Positions 23,761-32,047 of a DNA stretch of 37,506 nucleotides are shown here, piece by piece. Positions within the stretch are counted from its first letter, which is position 1. Each line of letters begins with the position of its first letter. Under the pieces are notes generated by a model. That model was given only the letters and a program-made list of their open reading frames with translations. It did not search any database and was not told the DNA's origin. Where the stretch lies: positions 1 to 37,506 of the forward strand of contig DAOVVL010000001.1 in the NCBI GenBank assembly GCA_030637205.1, read 5' to 3'. Made by a program: the position numbers and the translations under genes. This stretch comes from Thalassospiraceae bacterium. GTDB taxonomy: Bacteria; Pseudomonadota; Alphaproteobacteria; Rhodospirillales; Magnetovibrionaceae.

Positions 23761-24065
23761 AAGCCGCTGGCATAAACAAATTGGCAAAGCGCGTCACCCT
23801 GAAGGCGCCATTCATGCTGATTGCCCCGGGGCGGAGGCAGCCACTTAGCCCCCAAGAACATACGATATTGTTGGCTTTGATGGGGCGCCCGTATTGCAAT
23901 GCCGAATTGCTGGCTGAAGCCGTATGGCCAGACCCAGACGATATGCCGGATTCCTGGCACGATGCGCTTTCGGTTCTTGTGTGTACATTGCGGCAGAAAT
24001 TAAGATATTTCGGCTGGATTATCCCAACTTCCAACCGTCGTGGCTGGACTTTGGAATCAGAATAA
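23757..24065 (+). CDS. Stand-alone OmpR/PhoB-type winged-helix DNA-binding protein
   Basis: LSPQEHTILLALMGRP....LAEAVW.......ALSVLVCTLRQKL...GWIIPTSNRRGWTL matches the trans_reg_C pattern, and no receiver domain is present. The start is uncertain: GTG 23757 (GTGA coupling) or ATG 23814. Confidence 0.6.
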   Translation: MKAAGINKLAKRVTLKAPFMLIAPGRRQPLSPQEHTILLALMGRPYCNAELLAEAVWPDPDDMPDSWHDALSVLVCTLRQKLRYFGWIIPTSNRRGWTLESE

Positions 24066-24113
24066 GAACGACCGACGCTGGGCGGTCCCCGGCAATTGAA
24101 AAAGGAAAAGATC

Positions 24114-24428
24114 ATGAGCGAAGGAAACACTCAGGCGCCAGGCCTGGTAGCAGGGCAAGCCAACAGGATAAACGCCCAACGCGAATCAATCAGCAAACGC
24201 ATCGTTGACCAGTTGCGGACGGTGAATTCCCGCTTGGCTCAGCTCAGCAATGGGTATGATGATGCAAACTCCAACCTGACCGGCTCACTGCCGACGGCCT
24301 GCAGTGAAGGCGCCACTCCCGAAGCGCCTAACAATTTCCAAACTGCCGTTGAGCGTGAGCTTATGGAAATCAATCAGCAGATTGATAACCTCCAGCATCA
24401 ACTGGAACGCCTGAACGAGTTTGCTTGA
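24114..24428 (+). CDS. Hypothetical coiled-coil protein (104 aa)
   Basis: AAAGGAAAAG lies upstream of ATG 24114. It is the last ORF before a terminator. Confidence 0.55.
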   Translation: MSEGNTQAPGLVAGQANRINAQRESISKRIVDQLRTVNSRLAQLSNGYDDANSNLTGSLPTACSEGATPEAPNNFQTAVERELMEINQQIDNLQHQLERLNEFA

Positions 24429-24434
24429 CCCGAT

Positions 24435-24472
24435 ATGGCTCCGGGCCTAAAAATCCGGGGCCATTTCTGTTT
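24435..24472 (+). terminator. Rho-independent terminator
   Basis: ATGGCTCCGG (24435..24444) pairs with CCGGGGCCAT (24455..24464) with one G-U pair, then TTCTGTTT follows. Confidence 0.65.
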
Positions 24473-24544
24473 CACATGAAACATTTTGCCAATTAACAAA
24501 AATCAGGTTAACCTCTGCTCCATCCATATTCAGGAGCATTAGCC
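24473..24544 (+). promoter_or_regulatory. Putative late-operon promoter/operator region
   Basis: This gap lies between the terminator and the first late gene. It has a GTTTCA-CA-TGAAAC inverted repeat at 24469..24482 and TTGCCA at 24486..24491. No convincing -10 was found. Confidence 0.25.
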
Positions 24545-25819
24545 ATGCACGGCGCGTTAAACCAAAAGATGAAGATTGCCAGCCTTCCGCTTGAAGACCT
24601 TATCCCCTACGCCAGCAACAGCCGCACCCATTCCGACGAACAGGTGGCCCAGATAGCCGCCTCAATCAGCGAATTTGGTTTTAACAATCCAGTGCTGATC
24701 GACGAAGCCGGGGGCATCATCGCAGGGCACGGCAGAGTATTGGCCGCCCGGAAGCTGGGGCTGACTGATATTCCGACCATTCGCCTCACCCACCTCACCG
24801 AAAACCAGCGCAAAGCCTATGTGATAGCCGACAACAAGCTGGCCCTGAATGCCGGCTGGGATATGGGCGTCCTTCAACTGGAAATGCAGGCGCTCGACAG
24901 CGAGGGCTTCGATCTTTCCCTGCTTGGCTTCGATGAGACCGAGCTGATCAGCATATTCGCCACCGAAACCGAAGGCCTCACCGACCCAGACGAAATCCCC
25001 TACCTCCCAGACACCCCGGTTTCCCAGCTTGGCGACGTGTGGCTCTTGGGCGAACACAGGCTCATGTGCGGCGATAGCACCGACACCACCAACGTGGCGG
25101 CCCTGTTGGAAGGCCGTGAGGCCGATATGGTGTTCACCGACCCGCCCTGGAACGTGAACTATGGCGCAGTCGAGAAGGGAAACGCCCAAGGCTACAAGGT
25201 GCGAACCATCCTCAACGACAGCATGACCGCAGACGATTGGGTTAAATTCTGCGCCGACGTTGCCGTGTCTCTTCGCAGCGCAACAAAACCCGGCGCGCCG
25301 CTTTACTGCGTCATGTCCGCGCAGGAATGGCCCGTGATCGACAAGGCTCTGCGCTTGGCCGGCTTCCACTGGTCCTCGTCCATTATCTGGGCCAAGGACA
25401 CGCTGGTTCTAAGCCGAAAGGACTATCACACTCAGTATGAACCCATCTGGTATGGCTGGAACGCGGCAGCAGCCCGATTGGCGAAGGTTCCTGATCGGAA
25501 GCAGTCCGACCTCTGGCAGTGTGACCGACCCAAGAAATCAGAGCTGCACCCCACCACAAAGCCCGTGGAATTGGTGGAGCGGGCAGTCAACAATTCATCC
25601 CAGCCCGGAGACCTTGTCCTTGATCTATTCGGGGGATCGGGCACCACATTGATCGCTGCACAGCAAACCGGACGCAAAGCTTGCTTGATGGAAATGGACC
25701 CGAAGTATGCCGACGTGATCGTTAAACGCTGGCAGAACTTCACCGGGCAGCAGGCCAAACGAGAGGGCAGCGGGGAAACTTTCTCCCAGCGCAGCGGAGT
25801 TTCTGAAAATGGCACGTAA
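24545..25819 (+). CDS. ParB-like nuclease domain fused to a beta-class N6A/N4C DNA methyltransferase
   Basis: The N-terminus is LPLEDLIPYASNSRTHSDEQ...NPVLIDEAGGIIAGHGRVLAARKLG (ParB/Srx). It is followed by motif IV FTDPPWNVNYG and C-terminal motif I LVLDLFGGSGTTLIAAQQTGRKACLMEMD. Confidence 0.9.
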   Translation: MHGALNQKMKIASLPLEDLIPYASNSRTHSDEQVAQIAASISEFGFNNPVLIDEAGGIIAGHGRVLAARKLGLTDIPTIRLTHLTENQRKAYVIADNKLALNAGWDMGVLQLEMQALDSEGFDLSLLGFDETELISIFATETEGLTDPDEIPYLPDTPVSQLGDVWLLGEHRLMCGDSTDTTNVAALLEGREADMVFTDPPWNVNYGAVEKGNAQGYKVRTILNDSMTADDWVKFCADVAVSLRSATKPGAPLYCVMSAQEWPVIDKALRLAGFHWSSSIIWAKDTLVLSRKDYHTQYEPIWYGWNAAAARLAKVPDRKQSDLWQCDRPKKSELHPTTKPVELVERAVNNSSQPGDLVLDLFGGSGTTLIAAQQTGRKACLMEMDPKYADVIVKRWQNFTGQQAKREGSGETFSQRSGVSENGT

Positions 25820-26192
25820 AGCTACCGGGAACCCAAACGGACGGCCACCTTTCAAGCCAACGGCTGAGGAGAGAAAGACTGTTGAAATGATGGGGGCTGT
25901 CGGGGTGCCACAGGCAAGCATCGCCATGTGCATAAGGGACGGGATAGACGTCAAAACTCTCAAGGAACATTTCGGACCCGAATTAAAAACGGCCCTGATC
26001 AAAGCCAATGCGAAGGTAGCCGGCGCCATGTTCAACAAGGCAATCAAGGGTGACGTCGGCGCAGGACGCTTCTGGCTCAATTGCCGCGCGGGCTGGAAAG
26101 AAACCAACGTCAATGAAATGACCGGGAATCCTGTGGTCAATCAGTTTGTGTTTGTCCCGATGGGGGTCGACGATGAACCAAATAAAGATTGA
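25809..26192 (+). CDS. Terminase small subunit candidate
   Basis: A 127-aa basic N-terminus with an HTH-like segment (VGVPQASIAMCIRDGIDVKTLKEHF), immediately upstream of and overlapping TerL. Confidence 0.6.
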   Translation: MARKATGNPNGRPPFKPTAEERKTVEMMGAVGVPQASIAMCIRDGIDVKTLKEHFGPELKTALIKANAKVAGAMFNKAIKGDVGAGRFWLNCRAGWKETNVNEMTGNPVVNQFVFVPMGVDDEPNKD

Positions 26193-27681
26193 ATACGTCC
26201 AGAACCTCCATCCCATATTCACCAAAGAAAAGCGCATTAAGATCATTGTTGGCGGGCGCGGTTCGTCCAAGTCAACTGGCGTGGCGGATTATGTGGCGGC
26301 CAAAGTATCAAGCGGGGAATTGTGGTGCTGCGCGCGTGAGACCCAGAACTCCATTGAGGAAAGCGTACACCGCACGTTGCTTGAGGAAATCGAGCGCCTT
26401 GGCATATATGGATTCGAGGATACCAAGACCGGAATTAAGCACCTCGACACCGGGGGCCGCACGTTCTACCGGGGGCTATCGCGCAACATTACAGCCCTGA
26501 AGTCCACCCTATCGGGCATTGACGGCCTGTGGATTGAGGAAGGCGAGGACATATCCCACGACACGCTTAGGGTTCTCACCGCCTCTGTGCGCTTGAATGC
26601 GACCGATACAGCCCGCAAGATCGCCGGCGAAGAGGTCAAGCTTCCTGAGATCATCATCACCATGAACCGAGGCACACGGGCTGGGGCTATCGCTGAGAAA
26701 TGGTTGGCCCGAGCTGAACGGGATCTGGGGCGCTGTGGGTTCTACGAAGACGAAAACATTATGGTAGTCGAAATGAACTATACCGATATGCCGAAGGGAT
26801 GGTTTCTTGAGTCGGGTCTGGAATCGGAGCGCCGAGACGACGAAGAGAAAATGTCGCGGGCGGAATATGACCACAAATGGGGGGGCGCCTATCTGGATGA
26901 AATCGAGGGAACGATTATCAAAACCGAGTGGTTCGACGCCGCGATCGATGCTCACCTAAAGCCCAACCTTGTCGAAGTATTCAAGCCCCATGGTTCCATT
27001 ATCGCCTCGCATGATCCGTTCGATGACGGGAACGACGCCGGGGGCTTCGCCACACGCCACGGCTCAATCATCACACAGGTGGATTCCAAGACCTCGGGTG
27101 AGATCGATGAGGTCTGTGATTGGGCCACAGGGCTGGCTATTGCTGCTGGGGCGGATTGGTTCACATGGGATGGGGATGGCATGGGAACGGGCCTCAAGCG
27201 CCAGGTGGCCCTCGCATTCGAGGGGACCAAGACCAAGTACCACATCTTCAAGGGGTCTCTGTCTGGATTAGGACAGGACAACGCCAAGAGGATATATATG
27301 CCTGAGGGTGGGGATAAGGACACCAAGCCCAAGAATTACGCCCAAACCTTCAAGAACAACCGTGCGCAGTATTATTCCGAACTGGCCCGGCGGTTTTTCA
27401 ACACCTACAACTGCGTGGTGAAGGGCAAATATGTGGACCCCGACGATATGATCAGCCTCGCCAGCGCGGGCATTGAGGATATGACAGGCCTCAGAACCCA
27501 GCTTTGCCGCATCCCGCGCAAGCCGAATGGAACGGGTCTGGTCCAGATCATGAGCAAGGTGGAAATGGCCAAATTAAAAATCTCTTCCCCAAACGAGGGG
27601 GACGCGGTTATGATGAGCCTGTTTTCGCCAACCGAGGCAGCCCAATTCAAGGGCCTAGATTTTGATGGATGGAATGGTTGA
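26173..27681 (+). CDS. terL: Terminase large subunit
   Basis: Walker A VGGRGSSKST and Walker B GLWIEEGED, with a C-terminal nuclease-like half. ATG 26173 was chosen because GGGGG lies upstream, but the track start at 26146 is also possible. Confidence 0.88.
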   Translation: MNQIKIEYVQNLHPIFTKEKRIKIIVGGRGSSKSTGVADYVAAKVSSGELWCCARETQNSIEESVHRTLLEEIERLGIYGFEDTKTGIKHLDTGGRTFYRGLSRNITALKSTLSGIDGLWIEEGEDISHDTLRVLTASVRLNATDTARKIAGEEVKLPEIIITMNRGTRAGAIAEKWLARAERDLGRCGFYEDENIMVVEMNYTDMPKGWFLESGLESERRDDEEKMSRAEYDHKWGGAYLDEIEGTIIKTEWFDAAIDAHLKPNLVEVFKPHGSIIASHDPFDDGNDAGGFATRHGSIITQVDSKTSGEIDEVCDWATGLAIAAGADWFTWDGDGMGTGLKRQVALAFEGTKTKYHIFKGSLSGLGQDNAKRIYMPEGGDKDTKPKNYAQTFKNNRAQYYSELARRFFNTYNCVVKGKYVDPDDMISLASAGIEDMTGLRTQLCRIPRKPNGTGLVQIMSKVEMAKLKISSPNEGDAVMMSLFSPTEAAQFKGLDFDGWNG

Positions 27682-29894
27682 TGGTAGATTTTGCTGACCA
27701 CCAAGAAGTTGTGACGCTTTTCAATGAGGCGCAACGTGTTGAAATCGACAACCGAGCGCGCGCGGCAGATGCCCATAGTTTCATCGACGACCCGAGCGGC
27801 CAGTGGGAAACCAACTTCACCACTGACGACAAAAAGCCCCGCTATACCTTCGACCTTACCAACCCCATCGTTGAGCAGATTGCCGGCGAAATGGAGCAGG
27901 CCGACTTCGATATCCGCATCAAACCAGCCGGCGGCGAAGCCACCAAAGACGACGCCCAGCTAATCGATGGCATGATCCGGAATATCGAAAACATATCCAG
28001 CGCCTCAGATATCTTTAATGCGTCCGGGCGCAGCATGGTAACGGCAGGGATCGACGGGTGGCGCGTGGAGCAGAGATTTGTCGACCACAACAGCTTTGAC
28101 CAAGACCTGGTTATCGCCCCCCTTCTGGACTTTGCCAACCGGGTCTGGTTCGATCCCAACGCCAGGAAGCAGGACAAATCCGACGCCAAATATTGCTTTG
28201 TGATCCAGCCCATCGGCAAAGAGGAATATAAGGAAAAGTTCCCCGAAGGCTCGGAGCAATCAGTGAGCGGCAACAACGGCTCGATCTGCTCCACCACTTC
28301 AAACGCCGAATGGGGCTACAAGCCTGACGATATCTTCATTGGCCAGATTTATTTCAAGAAGGAAGTGAAGCGCGATATCCACCTGCTATCCGATGGCCGG
28401 GTGGTTGAGGACGATGAGGACTTTGCAAAGATCAAAGACGACTTGGCCTTGAACGGAATCGTTGTCGAGCAAACCCGCAGCCGTCCCAAGATTGTTGTGG
28501 TATCACGCCTGTTCGATGCAAACGATTGGCTGATTGGCCCAGAAGAAACTGTGTTCAGTTGGATTCCTGTGGTCCCGACCTACGGCAACTACAAAATCAA
28601 CCGCAACAAAACCATGTATCGCGGCGTGGTCCAGAAGCTGATGGATCCCCAGCGCGTGATGAATTACAGCCTGAGCCGTGAGATTGAGGAAGGCGCCCTT
28701 GCCCCCCGCGCCAAGTTCTGGATGACTACCAAACAGGTGGCTGGCTTCGAAGACACAATCCAGACCTTGAACACCAACGCAAACCCGGTTCAGCTTTACA
28801 ACTTTGATTCCGACGTCCCCGGCATTCCCGGCACCACCGGCGGCGCGACAGTGAACCCCGGCCTTCGCACCATATCGCTGGCCATGAAGGATATGATCAG
28901 CTTTTCGGCTGGTTTGTTCGCGGCCAATATGGGGGACAACCCCGGCCTGCAATCAGGCATTGCTATTGAACGGCTGCAGAACAAGGGTGACACCGGCACC
29001 ATTAACTATTTCCAATCCCAAGAAATCGCCATCTGCCACACCGCGCGCATCCTGATTGATGCGTTGCCCAAGGTCTACGATACCAAGCGCCAGGTTCGCA
29101 TCCTAAAAGAGGACGGCTCGTTCGATATGAAGATGTTGAACGATATGGAACTCGACCAGGAAACCCAAGAAATGGTCAAGGTCAACGACCTATCCAAAGG
29201 CAAGTACGACGTGACCTGTTCCGCCGGCCCATCGTTCCAGAACAGGCAGCAGGAAGCTGTCACGGGCATTGTCGAGGCATCCAGCGTCAATCCGGAAATC
29301 AGCTTGGTCGGCAGCGATATCCTGATGAAGAACATGACCTTCCCCGGATCCGAACAGATTGGCGATCGCTTGAGGGCGCAGCTATTTGACCAAGGCATGA
29401 TCCCGGTCGATCAGATGACGGACGAAGAAAAAGAAGAAATGCTGGCCGCTCAACAGGCGAGGGAAGAGCAGGGCGACCAACCCACTCCGGACCAGATGAT
29501 CGGCGAGGCCGAGCTTATCAAGGCCCAGAACGAACAGGACAAGACCCAGATCAGCGTTGAGGAAAAGAGCCAGAATATCCTGCTGGCCCAGAACAAGGAA
29601 CGCCGCGAGGACGCCAAGTTCAGGGAATCGGTGAGAAGCGGCGCCGCTACCTTCGCCCAGACCGAACAGCAGAACCAGTTCGAGCGCATCGCCGCTACCC
29701 AGAAGCAGCAATCAGTGGATCAACAGGCTTTGCTTGATTCGGTGAAGACCATGGCCGAGACCCTGAAGCTCATCCAGGAGGCCGCCCAAGGCCCCGTGGT
29801 GGGGCCGGGCTTCGTCAGCAACGTCAAGGAGCAGTCCGATCTTGTGACGGACGCCCAAGACGCTGTTGAACATGGTGCGGTTAATCTTCCCTAA
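27669..29894 (+). CDS. Portal protein (P22 gp1-like size and position)
   Basis: 741 aa, overlapping the TerL stop, with the Q/E-rich helical C-terminal extension typical of P22-type portals. Confidence 0.8.
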   Translation: MEWLMVDFADHQEVVTLFNEAQRVEIDNRARAADAHSFIDDPSGQWETNFTTDDKKPRYTFDLTNPIVEQIAGEMEQADFDIRIKPAGGEATKDDAQLIDGMIRNIENISSASDIFNASGRSMVTAGIDGWRVEQRFVDHNSFDQDLVIAPLLDFANRVWFDPNARKQDKSDAKYCFVIQPIGKEEYKEKFPEGSEQSVSGNNGSICSTTSNAEWGYKPDDIFIGQIYFKKEVKRDIHLLSDGRVVEDDEDFAKIKDDLALNGIVVEQTRSRPKIVVVSRLFDANDWLIGPEETVFSWIPVVPTYGNYKINRNKTMYRGVVQKLMDPQRVMNYSLSREIEEGALAPRAKFWMTTKQVAGFEDTIQTLNTNANPVQLYNFDSDVPGIPGTTGGATVNPGLRTISLAMKDMISFSAGLFAANMGDNPGLQSGIAIERLQNKGDTGTINYFQSQEIAICHTARILIDALPKVYDTKRQVRILKEDGSFDMKMLNDMELDQETQEMVKVNDLSKGKYDVTCSAGPSFQNRQQEAVTGIVEASSVNPEISLVGSDILMKNMTFPGSEQIGDRLRAQLFDQGMIPVDQMTDEEKEEMLAAQQAREEQGDQPTPDQMIGEAELIKAQNEQDKTQISVEEKSQNILLAQNKERREDAKFRESVRSGAATFAQTEQQNQFERIAATQKQQSVDQQALLDSVKTMAETLKLIQEAAQGPVVGPGFVSNVKEQSDLVTDAQDAVEHGAVNLP

Positions 29895-30129
29895 GCGGAA
29901 GGTGAAAGACCATCCCGTTCGCACAGGTGCCTGAGATGGCGTATTTGCCCTCGTAATACCATTTGTATGGCTCACCGTTGCAGAACGTGCCGCGCAAGGA
30001 AGCGGATTTTTCAACATGACCATTGAGCTTCCAGTTTTCATAATCGGCGCGGTCGGAATCGATGGTGTTTTTATCTGCGGCACAGGCTGAAAGCGCCAGT
30101 GCAAGCAGAATGACGGATAAATGTTTCAA
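29881..30129 (-). CDS. Lipoprotein (82 aa precursor)
   Basis: TTG start is coupled to the HNH stop (TTGA) with AAGGAG 7 nt upstream. The signal peptide and lipobox read KHLSVILLALALSAC, with Ala at +2 after the lipidated Cys. The mature part has 3 further Cys. Confidence 0.65.
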   Translation of the reverse strand: MKHLSVILLALALSACAADKNTIDSDRADYENWKLNGHVEKSASLRGTFCNGEPYKWYYEGKYAISGTCANGMVFHLPLRED

Positions 30130-30470
30130 TTTGTTTCTCCTTTGGTTGATTGAGGAAGTTCCGTTTGGCATGGGTGTTCGCTTGCTTCGATAAGCGCCAT
30201 CATTGCCACTTTGTGGTCTTCTGGCGTTGCTTCGCCGCGGCTGGAATTACAGTAATGGCAGGCCCTCACGATATTGTCCCTACGGGTGCCCCCATCAACC
30301 CGACGAATAAGATGTTCGTCTGAAGCCAAGCGCCAGTACAAAAGCCTTCTTGCGAACCGGGCGCCTTTCATGATCCCAAACCGCTTCCGCGCTTGGTGCT
30401 TGGTGCATAGCTTTTTGCTCCACATTTCCTGGCCACAATAAAAGCAAGTCTCAAACATCAGTTTCCCCAT
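30126..30470 (-). CDS. HNH endonuclease
   Basis: CFYCGQE......SDEHLIRRVDGGTRRDNIVRACHYCNSSRG is a canonical HNH core. The start may instead be ATG 30458. Confidence 0.8.
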   Translation of the reverse strand: MGKLMFETCFYCGQEMWSKKLCTKHQARKRFGIMKGARFARRLLYWRLASDEHLIRRVDGGTRRDNIVRACHYCNSSRGEATPEDHKVAMMALIEASEHPCQTELPQSTKGETN

Positions 30471-30618
30471 ATCCAGCCTTGGTTAAAAGGAATTTGGACC
30501 GGTTCATGCGGCCTCTGGCCTTGTCGATCGCCTCAAGGGTCTTGGGCGGGATGCTGATGGATAGCTTGATAACTGGCCCACCGGGCTTCTTGGGTCGGCC
30601 TGGCTTGCGTTTGGCCAT
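30451..30618 (-). CDS. AT-hook plus ribbon-helix-helix (CopG-like) DNA-binding protein (55 aa)
   Basis: Not in the ORF track. MAKRKPGRPKKPGG is an AT-hook-like segment, followed by VIKLSISIPPKTLEAIDKARGRMNRSKFL (RHH beta-strand and helix pattern). It is tightly coupled to both neighbours. Confidence 0.55.
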   Translation of the reverse strand: MAKRKPGRPKKPGGPVIKLSISIPPKTLEAIDKARGRMNRSKFLLTKAGYGETDV

Positions 30619-30620
30619 GG

Positions 30621-30902
30621 TCAATCCCCCCCGGTCAAGGTAGCTAAAAAGTCCTGCTTGGACACCTCAAGAAGGGCCACGACTTCACTGGCTCGCAAAT
30701 CTGATAAAAACCATTTTACAAGATACCCAGCGCCAGGCTTGGCTTTGTTTGGAGGGTCGGTATCCAAGGATATAACCATGAGTTTGTCTGGCTTTATTTC
30801 GCCTGCCTCAATGGCCTTGATGGCGTCTTTCAACGTATCAATCGGAGAAATGAGGGTGTTGTCATTTTTGATATCGGCCATGTGTATGATGTTATCAGCC
30901 AT
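30621..30902 (-). CDS. Hypothetical protein (93 aa, start MADNIIHM)
   Basis: ORF collinear with the reverse-strand island. No motif recognised. Confidence 0.55.
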   Translation of the reverse strand: MADNIIHMADIKNDNTLISPIDTLKDAIKAIEAGEIKPDKLMVISLDTDPPNKAKPGAGYLVKWFLSDLRASEVVALLEVSKQDFLATLTGGD

Positions 30903-31065
30903 AAGATTTCTTCGCTCCAAAAGTTATATCGCGGGCCGGGCTTGATACCGACTGACATGGATTGCTGACCGTCATGCGCCGCTTGTGGCGTCTTACATCC
31001 AAGTACCGTGTCGCTTCATCTGCTGTGTGTCCTTCCACACCGCCGCGATAAATGCTCGCTTTCAT
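30895..31065 (-). CDS. Possible small HTH protein (56 aa, ..HTADEATRYLDVRRHKRRMT..)
   Basis: Not in the ORF track. Weak excisionase/MerR-like HTH pattern. The SD is poor (GGAG 11 nt upstream). Confidence 0.25.
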   Translation of the reverse strand: MKASIYRGGVEGHTADEATRYLDVRRHKRRMTVSNPCQSVSSPARDITFGAKKSYG

Positions 31066-31123
31066 TGACCAATTAACTCCATACCAAAACCCGTCTATTT
31101 AGTCAACACCGAAATTGAACGGT

Positions 31124-31152
31124 TTGACACATTAACCAAGTAGTGGTTAAAC
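31124..31152 (+). promoter_or_regulatory. Candidate promoter with an embedded perfect palindrome upstream of scaffold/coat
   Basis: TTGACA lies at 31124..31129, followed by a 17-nt spacer and TTAAAC at 31147..31152. The spacer contains TTAACCA-N5-TGGTTAA (31132..31150). Confidence 0.35.
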
Positions 31153-31199
31153 TTCCCCCACGCCAATAATGGCGGTGAATCCTACCTATTGAGGGCAAT

Positions 31200-32030
31200 A
31201 TGACCGAAAATACCGCGCTGCAAGCAGAAGATGAACAGAATGGGGAAGCCCAGGCTGCAAAAGCTCCTGCCGAAGCCACCGAATCAGCACCGGTGGGCAA
31301 TGAGGACGACAATCTAAACGACAACACCGATCAGGAAGAAGGCGGCGAAGCGAAAGCTGCGCCTTTCTCCCCTGAACAACAGGCCATTTTCGATAACGCG
31401 ATTGGCAAGAAAGTCGGAGCGACCAGGGCCGCCGAACGACGGGCGGAGGCAGCCGAAGCAAGGGCTGCTGAATTGGAAGCCAATCAACCTATCGAAACCC
31501 GGCCCGATATCCCGCCGATGCCGGATCAATTCGCCGACGGTTTCGACGAAAAGTTAAAGGCACGGGACCAGGCAATCGCCAAAGCATCCGCGTTCGATAC
31601 CCGGCAAGAAGAAGCCAGAACGCGGCAGGAAGGCCTAGACCAACAGGCCACCACTGAGCGCCAGCAAGCCGTTACGACCGTGATCAATACCTACACTGAC
31701 AGGGCCGCAAAATTGGGCATCACGCCTGATGAGCTGGAAAAGTCAGGCCAAGCGGTCGGTGCATACGGATTGAATGACGCTGTCACCCTTCACATCCTTG
31801 GAGATGAAAAAGGGCCGGCGATCACAAAATTCCTTGCTGAAAACCCGATTGCCATGGACAAGCTGAATGGAATGAACCCCATGCAAGCCGCTGCCCATAT
31901 CGAAAGTGTTGTCAAACCAGCCGCCCTCAAAATGAAGAAAACCACCAATGCACCGCCCCCCTCAACGAATCTTGATGGCGGGGGTTCACCCCCATCTGAG
32001 CGTGGCCCGAAAGGAGCTACGTTCGAATAA
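31200..32030 (+). CDS. Scaffolding protein candidate
   Basis: A 276-aa acidic, A/E/Q-rich helical protein between portal and coat. GAGGG SD upstream. Confidence 0.6.
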   Translation: MTENTALQAEDEQNGEAQAAKAPAEATESAPVGNEDDNLNDNTDQEEGGEAKAAPFSPEQQAIFDNAIGKKVGATRAAERRAEAAEARAAELEANQPIETRPDIPPMPDQFADGFDEKLKARDQAIAKASAFDTRQEEARTRQEGLDQQATTERQQAVTTVINTYTDRAAKLGITPDELEKSGQAVGAYGLNDAVTLHILGDEKGPAITKFLAENPIAMDKLNGMNPMQAAAHIESVVKPAALKMKKTTNAPPPSTNLDGGGSPPSERGPKGATFE

Positions 32031-32047
32031 TGTAGGATACCACCGTT

